A DNA stretch of 64,000 bases from Azolla caroliniana (Eukaryota > Plantae > Polypodiophyta), in contig JBHGNT010000010.1 in the NCBI GenBank assembly GCA_043228905.1, positions 3,162,001 through 3,226,000 on the forward strand, read 5' to 3'. The translations under genes were made by a program, and so were the position numbers. This document shows, piece after piece, positions 33,137 to 44,529 of this stretch. The stretch's first letter is position 1. Each line of letters opens with the position of its first letter. The notes beneath the pieces are model-generated. The model made no database searches, had not been told where the DNA came from, and worked only from the letters and a program-made list of their open reading frames with translations.

Positions 33137-33445
33137 ACCGGATGAGGAGTACCCGGCTACAGAGATCCGGATGATGCAAACCCGGTGAAGACCGGATGAG
33201 GAGTTCCCGGCTACGGAGGGCCGGATGATGCAGACCCGGTATGAACCGGATGAGGAGAACCCGGCTACGGAGAGCCGGATGATGCAGACCCGATGAAGAC
33301 CGGATGAGGAGTACCCGACTGCGGAGGGCCGGATGATGCAGACCCGGTATGAACCGGATGAGGAGTACCCGGCTATGGAGAGCCGGATGATGCAGACCCG
33401 GTGAAGACCGGATGAGGAGTACCCGGCTACGGAGAACCGGATGAA
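33137..33445 (+). repeat. 54-bp tandem repeat in the Copia-D 5' LTR (5 full units plus a partial)
   Basis: Unit ACCGGATGAGGAGTACCCGGCTACGGAG(A/G)GCCGGATGATGCAGACCCGGT(GAAG/ATGA); 18-aa periodicity in the shadow ORFs. Confidence 0.93.
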
Positions 33446-33760
33446 GAGACATATTCGTAAATATGTTTTCTGATAGTCCATCGAGGCTATATTTGTAAAT
33501 AGCCGAAAAGTCATATTAGTATAAATATGACTTAGGGCAAACTAGGAGTATGTAGTGGTTGTCATTTTCTTGTTGGTGCAAGAAGAAGAGAGAGTACGTA
33601 ACGTTGTACAGAGAGAGAGAGAGAAAGAGGTCGTTGCCTCTGTTGTAACCGCCGCCTGTGGCGAAGATCGTGAGTCTGAGGTCGTTGCCTCCGTGAACTC
33701 ACTGTTTTGTACATTCTTACATAGTGACAGTTTGCAGCCTGTGGGCTGCCGTGGTTTTGC

Positions 33761-36700
33761 ATGTTCAAGCTCACCGGCTCCAACTATTCGGTATGGAAGT
33801 CGAAGATGAGGGACATGCTCATGGTTAAAGACCTCTGACTGCCGGTTCAGTTCGGGGACAAGAGACTGGACAAAATCGACGCCGCGATATGGGAGGTGAT
33901 GCACATGAAGACAACGGCGTACATACGGTGCTTCATCAACATGAGCCTATACAACAACTTCAATGAAGAGAGCAAGGCTCATGAGCTCTGGGAGAAGATC
34001 GGCATAATGTTTCAAAACAAAAATGTTGTTAATCAGGTTTCGGTATTTCGGAAGCTAGTAAGACTCCGGTACCAAGATGGCTCCAGCATGGCGGAGCATA
34101 TGAATGCCTTCCAGGGGCTGATACACCAGGCAACGTCATTGGAAGTACCTCTTGCCGATGAGGTACTAGCGCTACTCCTGCTCGGTTCCCTCCCGAATAG
34201 CTGGGAGACGTTGTCGCGTTGTTACGCACGTGCGTATAGAAGGGGCGGGACCGCGGGGGTCTTGGACTAGGGAGTGGAGGAGAAAGAATAGGACATGATA
34301 TGGAGGCTTAGCTCAAGAGGAGAAGGGGAAAGAATAAGACCACGACATCGAAGGAGGGATCGGCGGAGGCAAGATGCTCAACAAGTTATATTAAAACAAC
34401 GAATGGTTACAACAATGGTGGCCGCCATGGCTGCACCAAAATGACTATCCGAAAACCCTAAAGGGAAACCCAAGAAGAAAACCCTAACCAAAACCCTAAC
34501 CCTAAAACGAAATGGGAAGAGGGAGAACCCTAGACTAAGTGGTATACCTTACTCGCACAAAATAGGCAACCCCTTCATAAGTGACCCCTCCCTTCCTTTT
34601 ATAGCCCAAGGAGGGAGGGACCTTACAATGTGGGACAAAAATTTCCCCTCTCTTTCTATACACCATATCCTAGTATACATGTGCACATGTTGCACACCAC
34701 CGACTTGCCCCTTCCACCCCGATTTCCGCCTATGGACGAAAATCTTCACGACAACGTTGGTTGTCACTTTGGGCAACGCCGGACCGGAAGGAAAACGGTT
34801 ATCCCTAGCAAGAGTAAGGTCGAGCTTGCTAGATGAGGAGGCGCGTCGGAAAGACAAAGATACGAGCTCCGACTCCAAAGCGCTCCTTGCCGAATCGGAA
34901 CGCGGAAGATAGAGAAACCGTAGTCCCCAGAACCGGGAGAAGTCGGGGACACGGTCAAAGTCAAGGGGGAGGCCTGCTTGCTTCTATTGCGGCAAGCCGG
35001 GACACTTCCAAAAGAACTGTCGGCATTTCCGTAAAGACAAGGAAACCGATGGTACCGATTCGAAGCAAACCCCGGACCGGAACGGTAAAGACCGGAGGGG
35101 GCCGGACCGGAAGGGAATGACGGCAATCGCGGCAAGTGAAGAAGAGTTGATGCTCATCACCGAGGAGTGTGAGATAAACCTTGCCAGCGACGAGATGACC
35201 TGGGTGGTAGACTCCGGAGCATCGTTCCACCTTACCCCGGACCGAAAATGCTTCTCATCCTACTCAGCCGATGATCACGGCTGTGTCCGGATGGGGAACG
35301 AAGGTACATGCCGAATTGTCGGCATAGGAGACGTGTGGCTGTCAACACCAACCGAATTCAAGTTGCTGCTGAAGGATGTCCGACACGTTCCGGAGGTTCG
35401 TCTGAACCTGATATCAGTCGGTCGGCTAGATGATGAGGGCTACACGGGTAGCATCCGGAACGACGTCATGAAGTTCAGCAAAGGGAGCCTGATTGTGGCT
35501 CAGGCCCGGAAGGTAAACACACTATACCTGATGAATGCCCGGTTATGCCCAGAAGAAATGAACGTGGCATCTGACACTGTCGGTGAGCTGTGGCACAAGA
35601 GGCTGTGTCATATGAGCGAGAAGGGGATGAAGAGGCTTGCAGACAACAACCTCATTCCAGTGAAGAACGTGCACTTAGAGAAGTGCACTGATTGTCTGGC
35701 CGGTAAGCAGAACCGGACCTCCTTCCGACCAAGGCCACCGATGAGACGTAATGCACCACTGGAGTTGGTGCATATGGATGTGTGTCAGGTAGACACGAAG
35801 TCACATGCCGGAGCGCAGTACTTCGTGACGTTCATAGATGACCACAGTCAGAAGCTGTGGGCCACACCATTGAAGACGAAGGATCAGGTGTTATCCGTCT
35901 TCAAAGAGCTCCACGCGAGAGTGGAAAGAGAAACCGGCCGAAAGCTAAAGGCGGTTCGAGCAGATAACGGAGGAGAATACCGGGGGCAGTTCGAGGAGTA
36001 CTGCCGCTCGAAGGGAATCCGGCTCGAATTTACCGTGCCGAAGACACCGGAACTAAACAGACTGGCCGAGAGGATGAACCGGACCATAATGGAGAGGGTC
36101 CGGAGTATGCTAGCGCATGCAAAACTACCCAAGAAGTTTTGGGCTGAGGCATTGTCGACGGCGACATATGTGATAAATAGATCACCCTCAGTACCCTTGG
36201 ACGGAGACACGCCACAGAGAGTGTGGACCGGTAAGGAAGTATCCTACCGGCATCTGAAGGTGTTCAGGTGTCTCGCGTACGTGCATGTAGCTAAGGACCG
36301 GAGAGGAAAGTTAGATCCAAAGACCCGGCCATGCATATTCCTCGGTTACGGTGACGATGAGTTCGGCTATCAAGTGTGGGACCCGGTCGACAAGAAGGTA
36401 TTCCGGAGTCGAGATATTATCTTCATGGAGGACAAGACGCTTGCCGACTGGGAGTCGGAGAAGAAGATAATGAACTCCGAGTCGACCGGTAAGGATAGAC
36501 TCTACAATGAGCTGACCCAACCGGCAAGAGACCGGTTAGCACTCGAGGAACCAGCCGGTTACGGTGAGGATACCGCACCGGCAGAAGAAGAAGTAGAGGC
36601 AGCTGAGACCGGAACCGGCCAAGACCCCGAATCGGATTCGGATGAAGAGCAAATGGAGGAGTCGGCTACCGAAGCCCAAAGACGGAGATATCCTCTCGGA

Positions 36701-38333
36701 GAGAGAAGGCCCCCCCCGGAGATTTCCGGATGCAGAGCATGTTCTGCTGACCGATGAGGGGGAGCCGGAAAGCTTCAAAGAAGCGGAGGATGACACCCAC
36801 AGCCGAAAATGGTTAAGTGCCATGCAGGACGAGATGGATTCCCTGCATGAGAACCATACGTACGAATTGGTGGAGTTGTCGAAAGGAAAGCGGGCACTCC
36901 GAAACAAGTGGGTGTACAAGTTGAAACCGGGAGATGCCGGAAACCCCCCGAGATACAAAGTCAGGATCGTGGTGAAGGGGTTCCAGCAGAAGAAGGGTGT
37001 GGACTTCGACGAGATATTTGCCCCGGTAGTAAAGATGACCTCCATCCGGACGGTGCTGAGTATAGCGGCAAGCATGGACCTTGAGGTAGAGCATTTGGAC
37101 GTGAAGACGACATTCCTTCACGGCGACCTCGAAGAGGAGATCTACATGCAGCAACCGGAAGGATTCGTGGAGAAAGGGAAGGAGCACCTGGTATGCCGGT
37201 TGAAGAAGAGCCTGTTCGGACTGAAGCAGGCTCCCCGTCAATGGTACCGGAAGTTCAACTCCTTCATGACCGATCAAGGGTACCACAAGACACAAGCCGA
37301 TCACTGTGTGTTTGTGAAGAAGTTCGAAGGAGGTGACTTCCTGATACTCCTTTTGTACGTGGATGACATGTTGATCGTCGGACGTGACCAAGTCAAAATA
37401 TGGATGCTGAAGAAGGCTCTCAACCGGACCTTCTCAATGAAAGACTTGGGTCCGGCAAGACAGATGTTGGGGATGCACATCATCCGGAACCGGTCAGCGA
37501 AGCAATTATGGCTATCACAGGAGAAGTATGTGACAAAGGTGCTTCACCGGTTCAACATGTCAGAAGCGAAACCGGTCGGATCGACACTTCCAGCAAACTG
37601 CAGGCTATCCGGCAAGCAAAGCCCGAAGACGAAAGCAGAGAAGGTGGATATGATGAAGATTCCATATGCCTCTGCCGTCAGGAGCTTGATGTACGCAATG
37701 GTTTGTACTCGACTAGATATAGGATACGCAATCGGAGTGGTGAGCCGGTTTATGAGCAATCCCGGCAAGGAGCATTGGAACGCGGTCAAATGGATACTCC
37801 GGTATTTGAAGGGCACTTCAAATATGTGTCTCCGATTCGGCTGCGGAAAACCTCAACTGGACGGTTTCACCAATTCGGACATGTCCGCTGATGTGGATAC
37901 CAGCCGGTCTACATCCGGGTATGTGATGACATATGCAGGGGGAGCTGTTTCGTGGCAGTCGAGGCTGCAGAAGACGGTTGCATTGTCAACCACGGAGGCG
38001 GAGTACATGGCAGTTGTGGAAGCCGGCAAGGAAATATTATGGATGAAGGACTTCATCGGAGAGCTCGGTATCCGGCAAGAGGAATACCGACTCTATTACG
38101 ACAGTCAAAGTTCCATCCACCTTGCTAAGAATGCGGCCTACCATTCCCGAACGAAGCATATCCAGCGGAGGTATCATTGGATCCGGGAAAGAGTAGATGA
38201 CCAGGAGTTCGCACTGATGAAGATTCACACGGCCGAGAACGGGTCAGATATGCTAACCAAAGTGCTGACACCTGACAAGTTGGATGCATGCCGGAAGAGA
38301 ATTGGACTGGTAAGACACCCCATGTCGGAGTGA
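33761..38333 (+). pseudogene. Copia-D gag-pol (stops, frameshift near 36715, solo-LTR insertion)
   Basis: ORFs 35117-36757 and 36642-38333 carry PR/INT and RT/RH; gag has stops. Confidence 0.92.
34212..34753 (-). mobile_element. Solo LTR of the G1-like superfamily
   Basis: Minus strand starts TGTCGTGAAG and ends CGCGACA. 4-bp TSD ACGT at 34208-34211 and 34754-34757. Host gag continues across it (SWET|LVVTL). Confidence 0.92.
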
Positions 38334-38416
38334 AGGGGGAGTTTGTTGGGAGACAGGTCCCTCCGGATGGGAAGGGAGAAGAACAATGCCGATGAACAAA
38401 CTCGGCCGAGGCCGAG

Positions 38417-38887
38417 ACCGGATGAGGAGTACCCAGCTACAGAGAGCCGGATGATGCAAACCCGGTGAAGACCGGATGAGGAGTACCCGGCTACGGAGGG
38501 CCGGATGATGCAGACCCGGTATGAACCGGATGAGGAGTACCCGGCTACGGAGAGCCAGATGATGCAGACCCGGTGAAGACCGGATGAGGAGTACCCGGCT
38601 GCGGAGGGCCGGATGATGCAGACCCGGTATGAACCGGATGAAGAGTACCCGGCTACGGAGGGCCGGATGATGCAGACCCGGTATGAACCGGATGAGGAGT
38701 ACCCGGCTACGGAGAGCCAGATGATGCAGACCCGGTGAAGACCGGATGATGAGTACCCGGCTGCGGAGGGCCGGATGATGCAGACCCGGTATGAACCGGA
38801 TGAGGAGTACCCGGCTACGGAGAGCCAGATGATGCAGACCCGGTGAAGACCGGATGAGGAGTACCCGGCTACGGAGAACCGGATGAA
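38417..38887 (+). repeat. 54-bp tandem repeat in the Copia-D 3' LTR (8 full units plus a partial)
   Basis: Same unit as 33137-33445 with three extra copies. Confidence 0.93.
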
Positions 38888-39348
38888 GAGACATATTCGT
38901 AAATATGTTTTCTGATTGTCCATCGAGGCTATATTTGTAAATAGCCGAAAAGTCATATTAGTATAAATATGACTTAGGGCAAACTAGGAGTATGTAGTGG
39001 TTGTCATTTTCTTGTTGGTGCAAGAAGAAGAGAGGGTACGTAACGTTGTACAAAGAGAGAGAGAGAAAGAGGTCGTTGCCTCTATTGTAACCGCCGCCTG
39101 TGGCGAAGTTCGTGAGTCCGAGGTCGTTGCCTCCGTGAACTCACTGTTTTGTACATTCTTACATAGTGACAGTTTGCAGCCTGTGGGCTGCCGTGGATTT
39201 TCCCCTAGTTTGGGGTTTTCCACGTAAACGTCCTGTGTATCTTTCTTCTTCTTTGTGTCGCATCTTATTTCCCGTTTTCTGTGTATCATTCTAAGCTCGG
39301 TTGTGGCCGAGCGTTGCGCATAAGGAACGATCAGTTCCCGTCACTACG

Positions 39349-42300
39349 AAAGGTCCTGGAAGAACGAATCCTCGACAGCAAGGTGGAACTGTCATTGCGG
39401 GAGGTGCTCAGAATCGCCAAGAAGGAGTTCCACGACTCCATCGTAGACTTGGTGAAGAGGAAGAGGCTGTCGACAGAGGCAGAACCGGAAAGGCCGATGG
39501 AGGTGCGGACGACGCACATAGAGGACATGGCGCTGGAAGACGAGTGGGCGGAGAGCCACTATTCGAGGCCACACTGGGCCCGAGCGACCACGGAAACCCC
39601 GGTGAAGATCGGAGATGTTCAGGAACCGGTGGTGGCGCTGGTGGACCACGGTTCGGAAATAAACCTGATGTCCATGGACTTCTACAAGAAGGGGAAATGG
39701 CCGATCAACACCAAGCATGGGTGGAAGATACAGGCGGCGACGCGTGCCACTGAGGAACTACACGGGGCACTTCTTTGTGCAGGAGACGTCCTCGCACCCG
39801 GTCATACTAGGAGAACCGTACATTATGGCAGCGCGAATGGAGACCAAGGTGTTGGACAACGGGTCGGCTTACGCGAGGGTCAAGAGTCAGGACGGGCGTC
39901 ATTCGGTCCAGTTCCTGACGGTGCGACCGAACCACGAGTGAAACCGCGAGTCCCTCGGTGGCGAGAACCGAGAGGATTTTTAGAGAGGGCTGTCAAGGCA
40001 TGGGGCCGCGATAGTCCGGACACTCCGAGAAAACCCCACAAATGTACGATAGAGGCGAAACCGAAGAAACCTTGTACCATGAGTAGGAAGTTTTGTTTCT
40101 CCGACAACGGGGGGTGTACGATAGTTGGCGTCGTTGGCCGAGAAAAGACAAGGGCGGAAGAGCGACTTCGGGCCCAGCGAGGAAATCAACGGAGCCGTGG
40201 AGGCGGTCTCCTTCGACGATACCTTGGGAATACTGCGAGAGGTGGTTGGAGAGGGCCTTAAAGAGGACCGGACGATACCGGTTTGTTCAGAAGAAATGTA
40301 CGAAGTCATCGCGGACTTCAGTCGGGGGCTCGAGTCGGATCGGACGGCCCGGGTTAACACGAAGTACAAGACTGTGGATCGGAAGGTAAGGCCAGTCGCG
40401 GCACCCTTACCGGAGGGCAGCGAGTTGTGAATCAAGGGGGTCGCGTCGGACCCCAGTTTACGTGATCCGGCCTGCATAGGACACACCTTCACCGACAGAA
40501 TGTGACGGGAGCTCAAAATCGGTGGGGCCGGGTTCCTGTTGCCAATGGAAGAAGACAAGTTTCGGAGAATGCTCGGAAGGCACGGGAAAGCCTTCGCATT
40601 CTCACCAGGAGAGATCGGGTGCGTAGACCCGACAGTCGTGAAGCTGATGGTGATATTCACGGTACCGCATGTGTCGTGGAATCTCAAACCAATTCCGGTA
40701 CCGAGAGCTCACATCCCGAAGCTGATGGAGCTGTTGAGGCAGAAAGTCGATATGGGCATCCTCGAACCGTGGAGTGCCCCGTACTCGAACCGGTGGTTTA
40801 CCGTACCGAAGAACGGGACGTTGCGCTTCATTCAAGACCTGCAACCGGTCAACAGAGTGACCATTCGGAACGCAGGAATCGGACCAACGATAGACGAGTT
40901 CGCGGAGGCCTTCGCCGGAAGGTCGATCTACTCGATCGGTGATCTGTACTCGGGGTACGATCAGTTCCAACTAGCCGTAGAGAGCAGAGACATTACGACG
41001 ATGCGGACTCCTCTCGGCCTAGTGCGGATGTGTACCCTGCCACAAGGAGGGATGAACTCGGTGGCCCACATGGTGAATGCGATGAACAACGTGCTGAGGG
41101 ATAGTATCCCGGACGTCACCATGCCATTCTTGGACGATATCCCGATCAAGGGATGTCCGGTGGAGGACAAGGACGAAACGATCGGACCGGACGGATGCCG
41201 GAAATTCGTGACGACACACATTGACGACTGCGAGAGGGTGCTGCAGAGGCTAGAGGACGCGAGACTCACCTTCTCCGGGGAGAAATCAGAGATCATGGTC
41301 GTCGGACATCTATGCGGACCGTATGGCCGGAAACCGTCTCCGGCTAAGGTGGAAGCCATCTCCGCAATGAAGCCCGACTGTAACTCGGTCACGGAGGTAC
41401 GGAGGTTCTTGGGAGCATGCGCGTTCTACCACATATGGATCCCACATTACGCCCACGTTGCCGAGCCGCTATACGGGTTGCTGAAAAAGGGGCGAAAATT
41501 CGAGTGGCGAGACGAGCATGCAGAGTCGGTCCAGAAGATGAAGGAGGCTCTTGCTGCAGCTCCGGCACTCCGGAAGGCTGTCTACGAGAAAGGCACTCCC
41601 ATCTACATAACGGTAGATACAAGTCTGACCAGGATCGGATGGGTCGTTACCCAAGAAGATGAGGACGGCATTCGGTTCCCAATCCGGTTCGGCGTGAAGG
41701 TCCTCAGTGAGCGACAGCGAGGATACGCCCAGGTTAAACGCGAACTCTGGGGTATCGTTTCGGCGGTGAAGGCCGATAAAGACTATCTGATCGGGACAGA
41801 GGTGATTATCGAGACGGACTGCCTGCCGATTCTCGGCATGGTTTCCGAATGCGCAACCCCGGACCTGGCAATGCTCAGGTGGATAGCGTACATCAAGTCC
41901 CTGGATCCGGAAATACAACACATTTCCGGGAAAGACAATGCCATGGCCGACATGCTTTCGAGGGCGCGATTCGACGACGAGGGCGGCATGGTTTCGGAGG
42001 ACGAGGAAGTCGGCGTAGACTTCTTCGAGGCGGCCTACGTAACAACCGAGGGAGGGAGCACTCCGGCGCTTAATGATTTCGACGAGAGCAAGTACAACGG
42101 GGAGTGGCTGCAGATTGGGGGATTCTTAAGGACGATGACGCCGGACGCGTCATGGACAAAGGACGAGGCCAACCGGATCCGCAAGAGAGCGTACCGATTC
42201 TTTCTCCGGGACGGATACTTGTGGAAGCACCCGAAGAAGAGAAACGGCATCCCGCTCCGAGTAGTGGTGATGAAGGAGGAACAGGAGGAGTTGCTGAAGG

Positions 42301-43406
42301 CCTACCACGACAACCCCTGGGCTGGACACCGTGGGACGTGGGTCACGTTCGAGAAACTAAAGGGGAAGTACTGGTGGTCGGGACTGTACCGGGATGTGCA
42401 TCGGTTCGTGACAACTTGTGAGAGCTGTCAGATACACTCCATAGTCCGACATCGAGACGAGCTTCACCCTGCATACCCTCCGGCCATCCACTTCAAATGG
42501 ATGGTAGATTTGGTGACGATGCCGATGGGCGTAGGGCAGATGCTATATCTGGTGCTGGCCCGGGAGGACCAGACGAACTAGGTGGAAGGCCGAGCCCTGC
42601 AGAATAAAACGACCGCGGCCGTGTGTCGGTTCCTGATCGAGGACGTGATATGCCGGTACGGGTGCATCGGGAAGATCGTGGCTGACCGCGGGGAGTTGAA
42701 CGCCGAAGAGGCCGAGGAGTTGTTCGACCGATTAGGGGTCAAGCTCTCGCTCACCACAGCGTACAATCCGGAGGCGAACGGGAAGGTGGAGCACGGACAC
42801 GGACCGATCGTCAAAGCGCTAGTCCAGGCATGCGGAGGCCTTGTCAGGAACTGGCCACGACTGTTACCCTATGCCTTGTGGGCAGACCGGAAAACGCACA
42901 GTTCGGTAACCGGGTTCATGCCGTCAGAGCTCATGTTCGGACAGAAGCCGATCATGCCGATGGAACGGACGATCTCCTCTTGGGCGACAGTGGACTGGAG
43001 AGACGAGATGAGTCGGGAAGAACTGCTAGCGGCGCGTATACGGCAGCTCGAGCGGAGGCCAGAGGACGTGGAACAAGCGGTGGAGAGACTTCGGACGGTG
43101 AGGATGAGGAACAAAGCCCGGTTCGACCGAACGCACCGGCTCCGACCAAAGAAAATCGAGGAAGGCGACTGGGTGCTAGTCTACGATAGCAGCCTCGACA
43201 ACCAGCACCGAGCAACACGGAAGTTTGCAAAGCAGTGGTTCGGGCCTTACGTGGTAACGAGCGCCAACGACAACGGGACGTATCACCTGGCGGAACTCGA
43301 CGGCACAAGGATGGCGATACCGATAGCTGGGAAGAGGATCAAAGCGTTCAAGAAGCGCAATGACGGCGAACCGGATCTAAGAGGCTTGGACAACGACGAC
43401 GAATAG
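39349..43406 (+). pseudogene. G2 protease and pol (small deletions, stops)
   Basis: Collinear with G1 21563-25711; same motifs. Confidence 0.9.
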
Positions 43407-44172
43407 TCCGAGACGGAGGACGAACCGATGGACGAGGAACCAGAACCCGGACCGGTTTCCTCCAACCAGAACCCAATTTTGGCGCATACCGGTGGATGCG
43501 CGGTTAGGTGGGGGCGGATGTCGTGAAGAAAACCGTCCCTTAGAGCAATCGGTGCATAGCGCGCATGAACCGGCTCTTCACGCGTGCGCGCCCTTTAATG
43601 TATATAATAGAGAATTAAGTACAAAGGCATATCCTAGGTAACTAGATTCGGTAGGTAGGAAGTTAATGAGGGAAACGGCTCCCTTCTTGAAGCTATAAAA
43701 GAGAGGGAGACGCGGGGAGAAAGGGATCGCGCATTGAGGAGGACGAAGTGTTGTCGGACCGTAACCGAACGCTTCTCCTCTGTTTGTTCTCTATTGCTCT
43801 TCTCTGCAGGTTTTCGGGAGGCTCGCGCTGCTTCGAGGAACGCCCGTGTGCTTCCGGCAGCACCTCCATCCTATCTCCTTTCGTGCGCAGACGAGCAGGC
43901 ATCGGCATCTGTTCGCCGGCCTGTTCGGTTGTAACCGCTCGCGTGCTCTGTTGTTTTTGTGTCATTTGTTAATATACAAACATTCGTGTCTCTCTATCTC
44001 TGTGTCCATTCGTGTCTTCTGCGTTGACGGGCCGTGTCCCTGTGTTTCTTTGCTCATACGTAACCGGTCATCTCGCTCTTTCTCTTTCCCCTCCTATCAC
44101 CTGCTCTTCGGTTCAAGACCCCAGCGGTCCCGCCTCGTTTCTCCACGCACGCGCGTAGTAACGCGACACCGC

Positions 44173-44286
44173 GTCATTAGCTCCTTCGACATAACTCCGG
44201 TAGCTGTGCCCGAGCAGGTACTGGTGCATCTTGTAGGACCAAGACGCGTAGTTGGTTCTGTCGAGCTTCTCTGTTGGAAGCGCCAT
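44173..44286 (-). pseudogene. Copia-C gag N-terminus
   Basis: MALPTEKLDRTNYASWSYKMHQYLLG follows the Met PBS and continues at 30917. Confidence 0.85.
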
Positions 44287-44529
44287 GACTCTATCCATCG
44301 TTCTTCTTGTTCTTCTTCGTCAAGTTGTGTCGGTTGTAGAGAGGTTCTCAACCCTCGCGCTCTGATACCATGTAAAAAGTAACGTGCGGAAGCAAGTATG
44401 AAGACCGAACAGAAGGGAGGAAACTCAGGTTCAATGGAGAGCTTGGCCTTACACGGTATACGTAGGAGAGACAGAGAGAGAACACAAGAACTATATTCAA
44501 CAATAATACTCAGTCTGTACATAAGACGT

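Larger units (their letters stand above)
33064..39343 (+). mobile_element. Copia-D: degenerate relative of Copia-A/B with repeat-expanded LTRs; 5' LTR end and PBS deleted
   Basis: 3' LTR at 38344-39343; 5' LTR at 33064-~33757. TSD CTACG at 33059-33063 and 39344-39348. pol is collinear with Copia-A. Confidence 0.95.
30922..44168 (+). mobile_element. G2: second copy of the G1 family (different LTR subtype), inserted in Copia-C gag
   Basis: LTRs at 30922-31574 and 43519-44168. 4-bp TSD CCGC at 30918-30921 and 44169-44172. Trp PBS at 31579-31596. Confidence 0.96.

Noticed and set aside
33137-38887. 54-bp arrays as a CRISPR array or as 18-aa repeat proteins (ORFs 32523-33452, 38225-38956, 38253-38894)
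   Set aside because: No unique spacers and no cas genes. The arrays lie in LTRs, and the ORFs arise only because the unit length is a multiple of 3.
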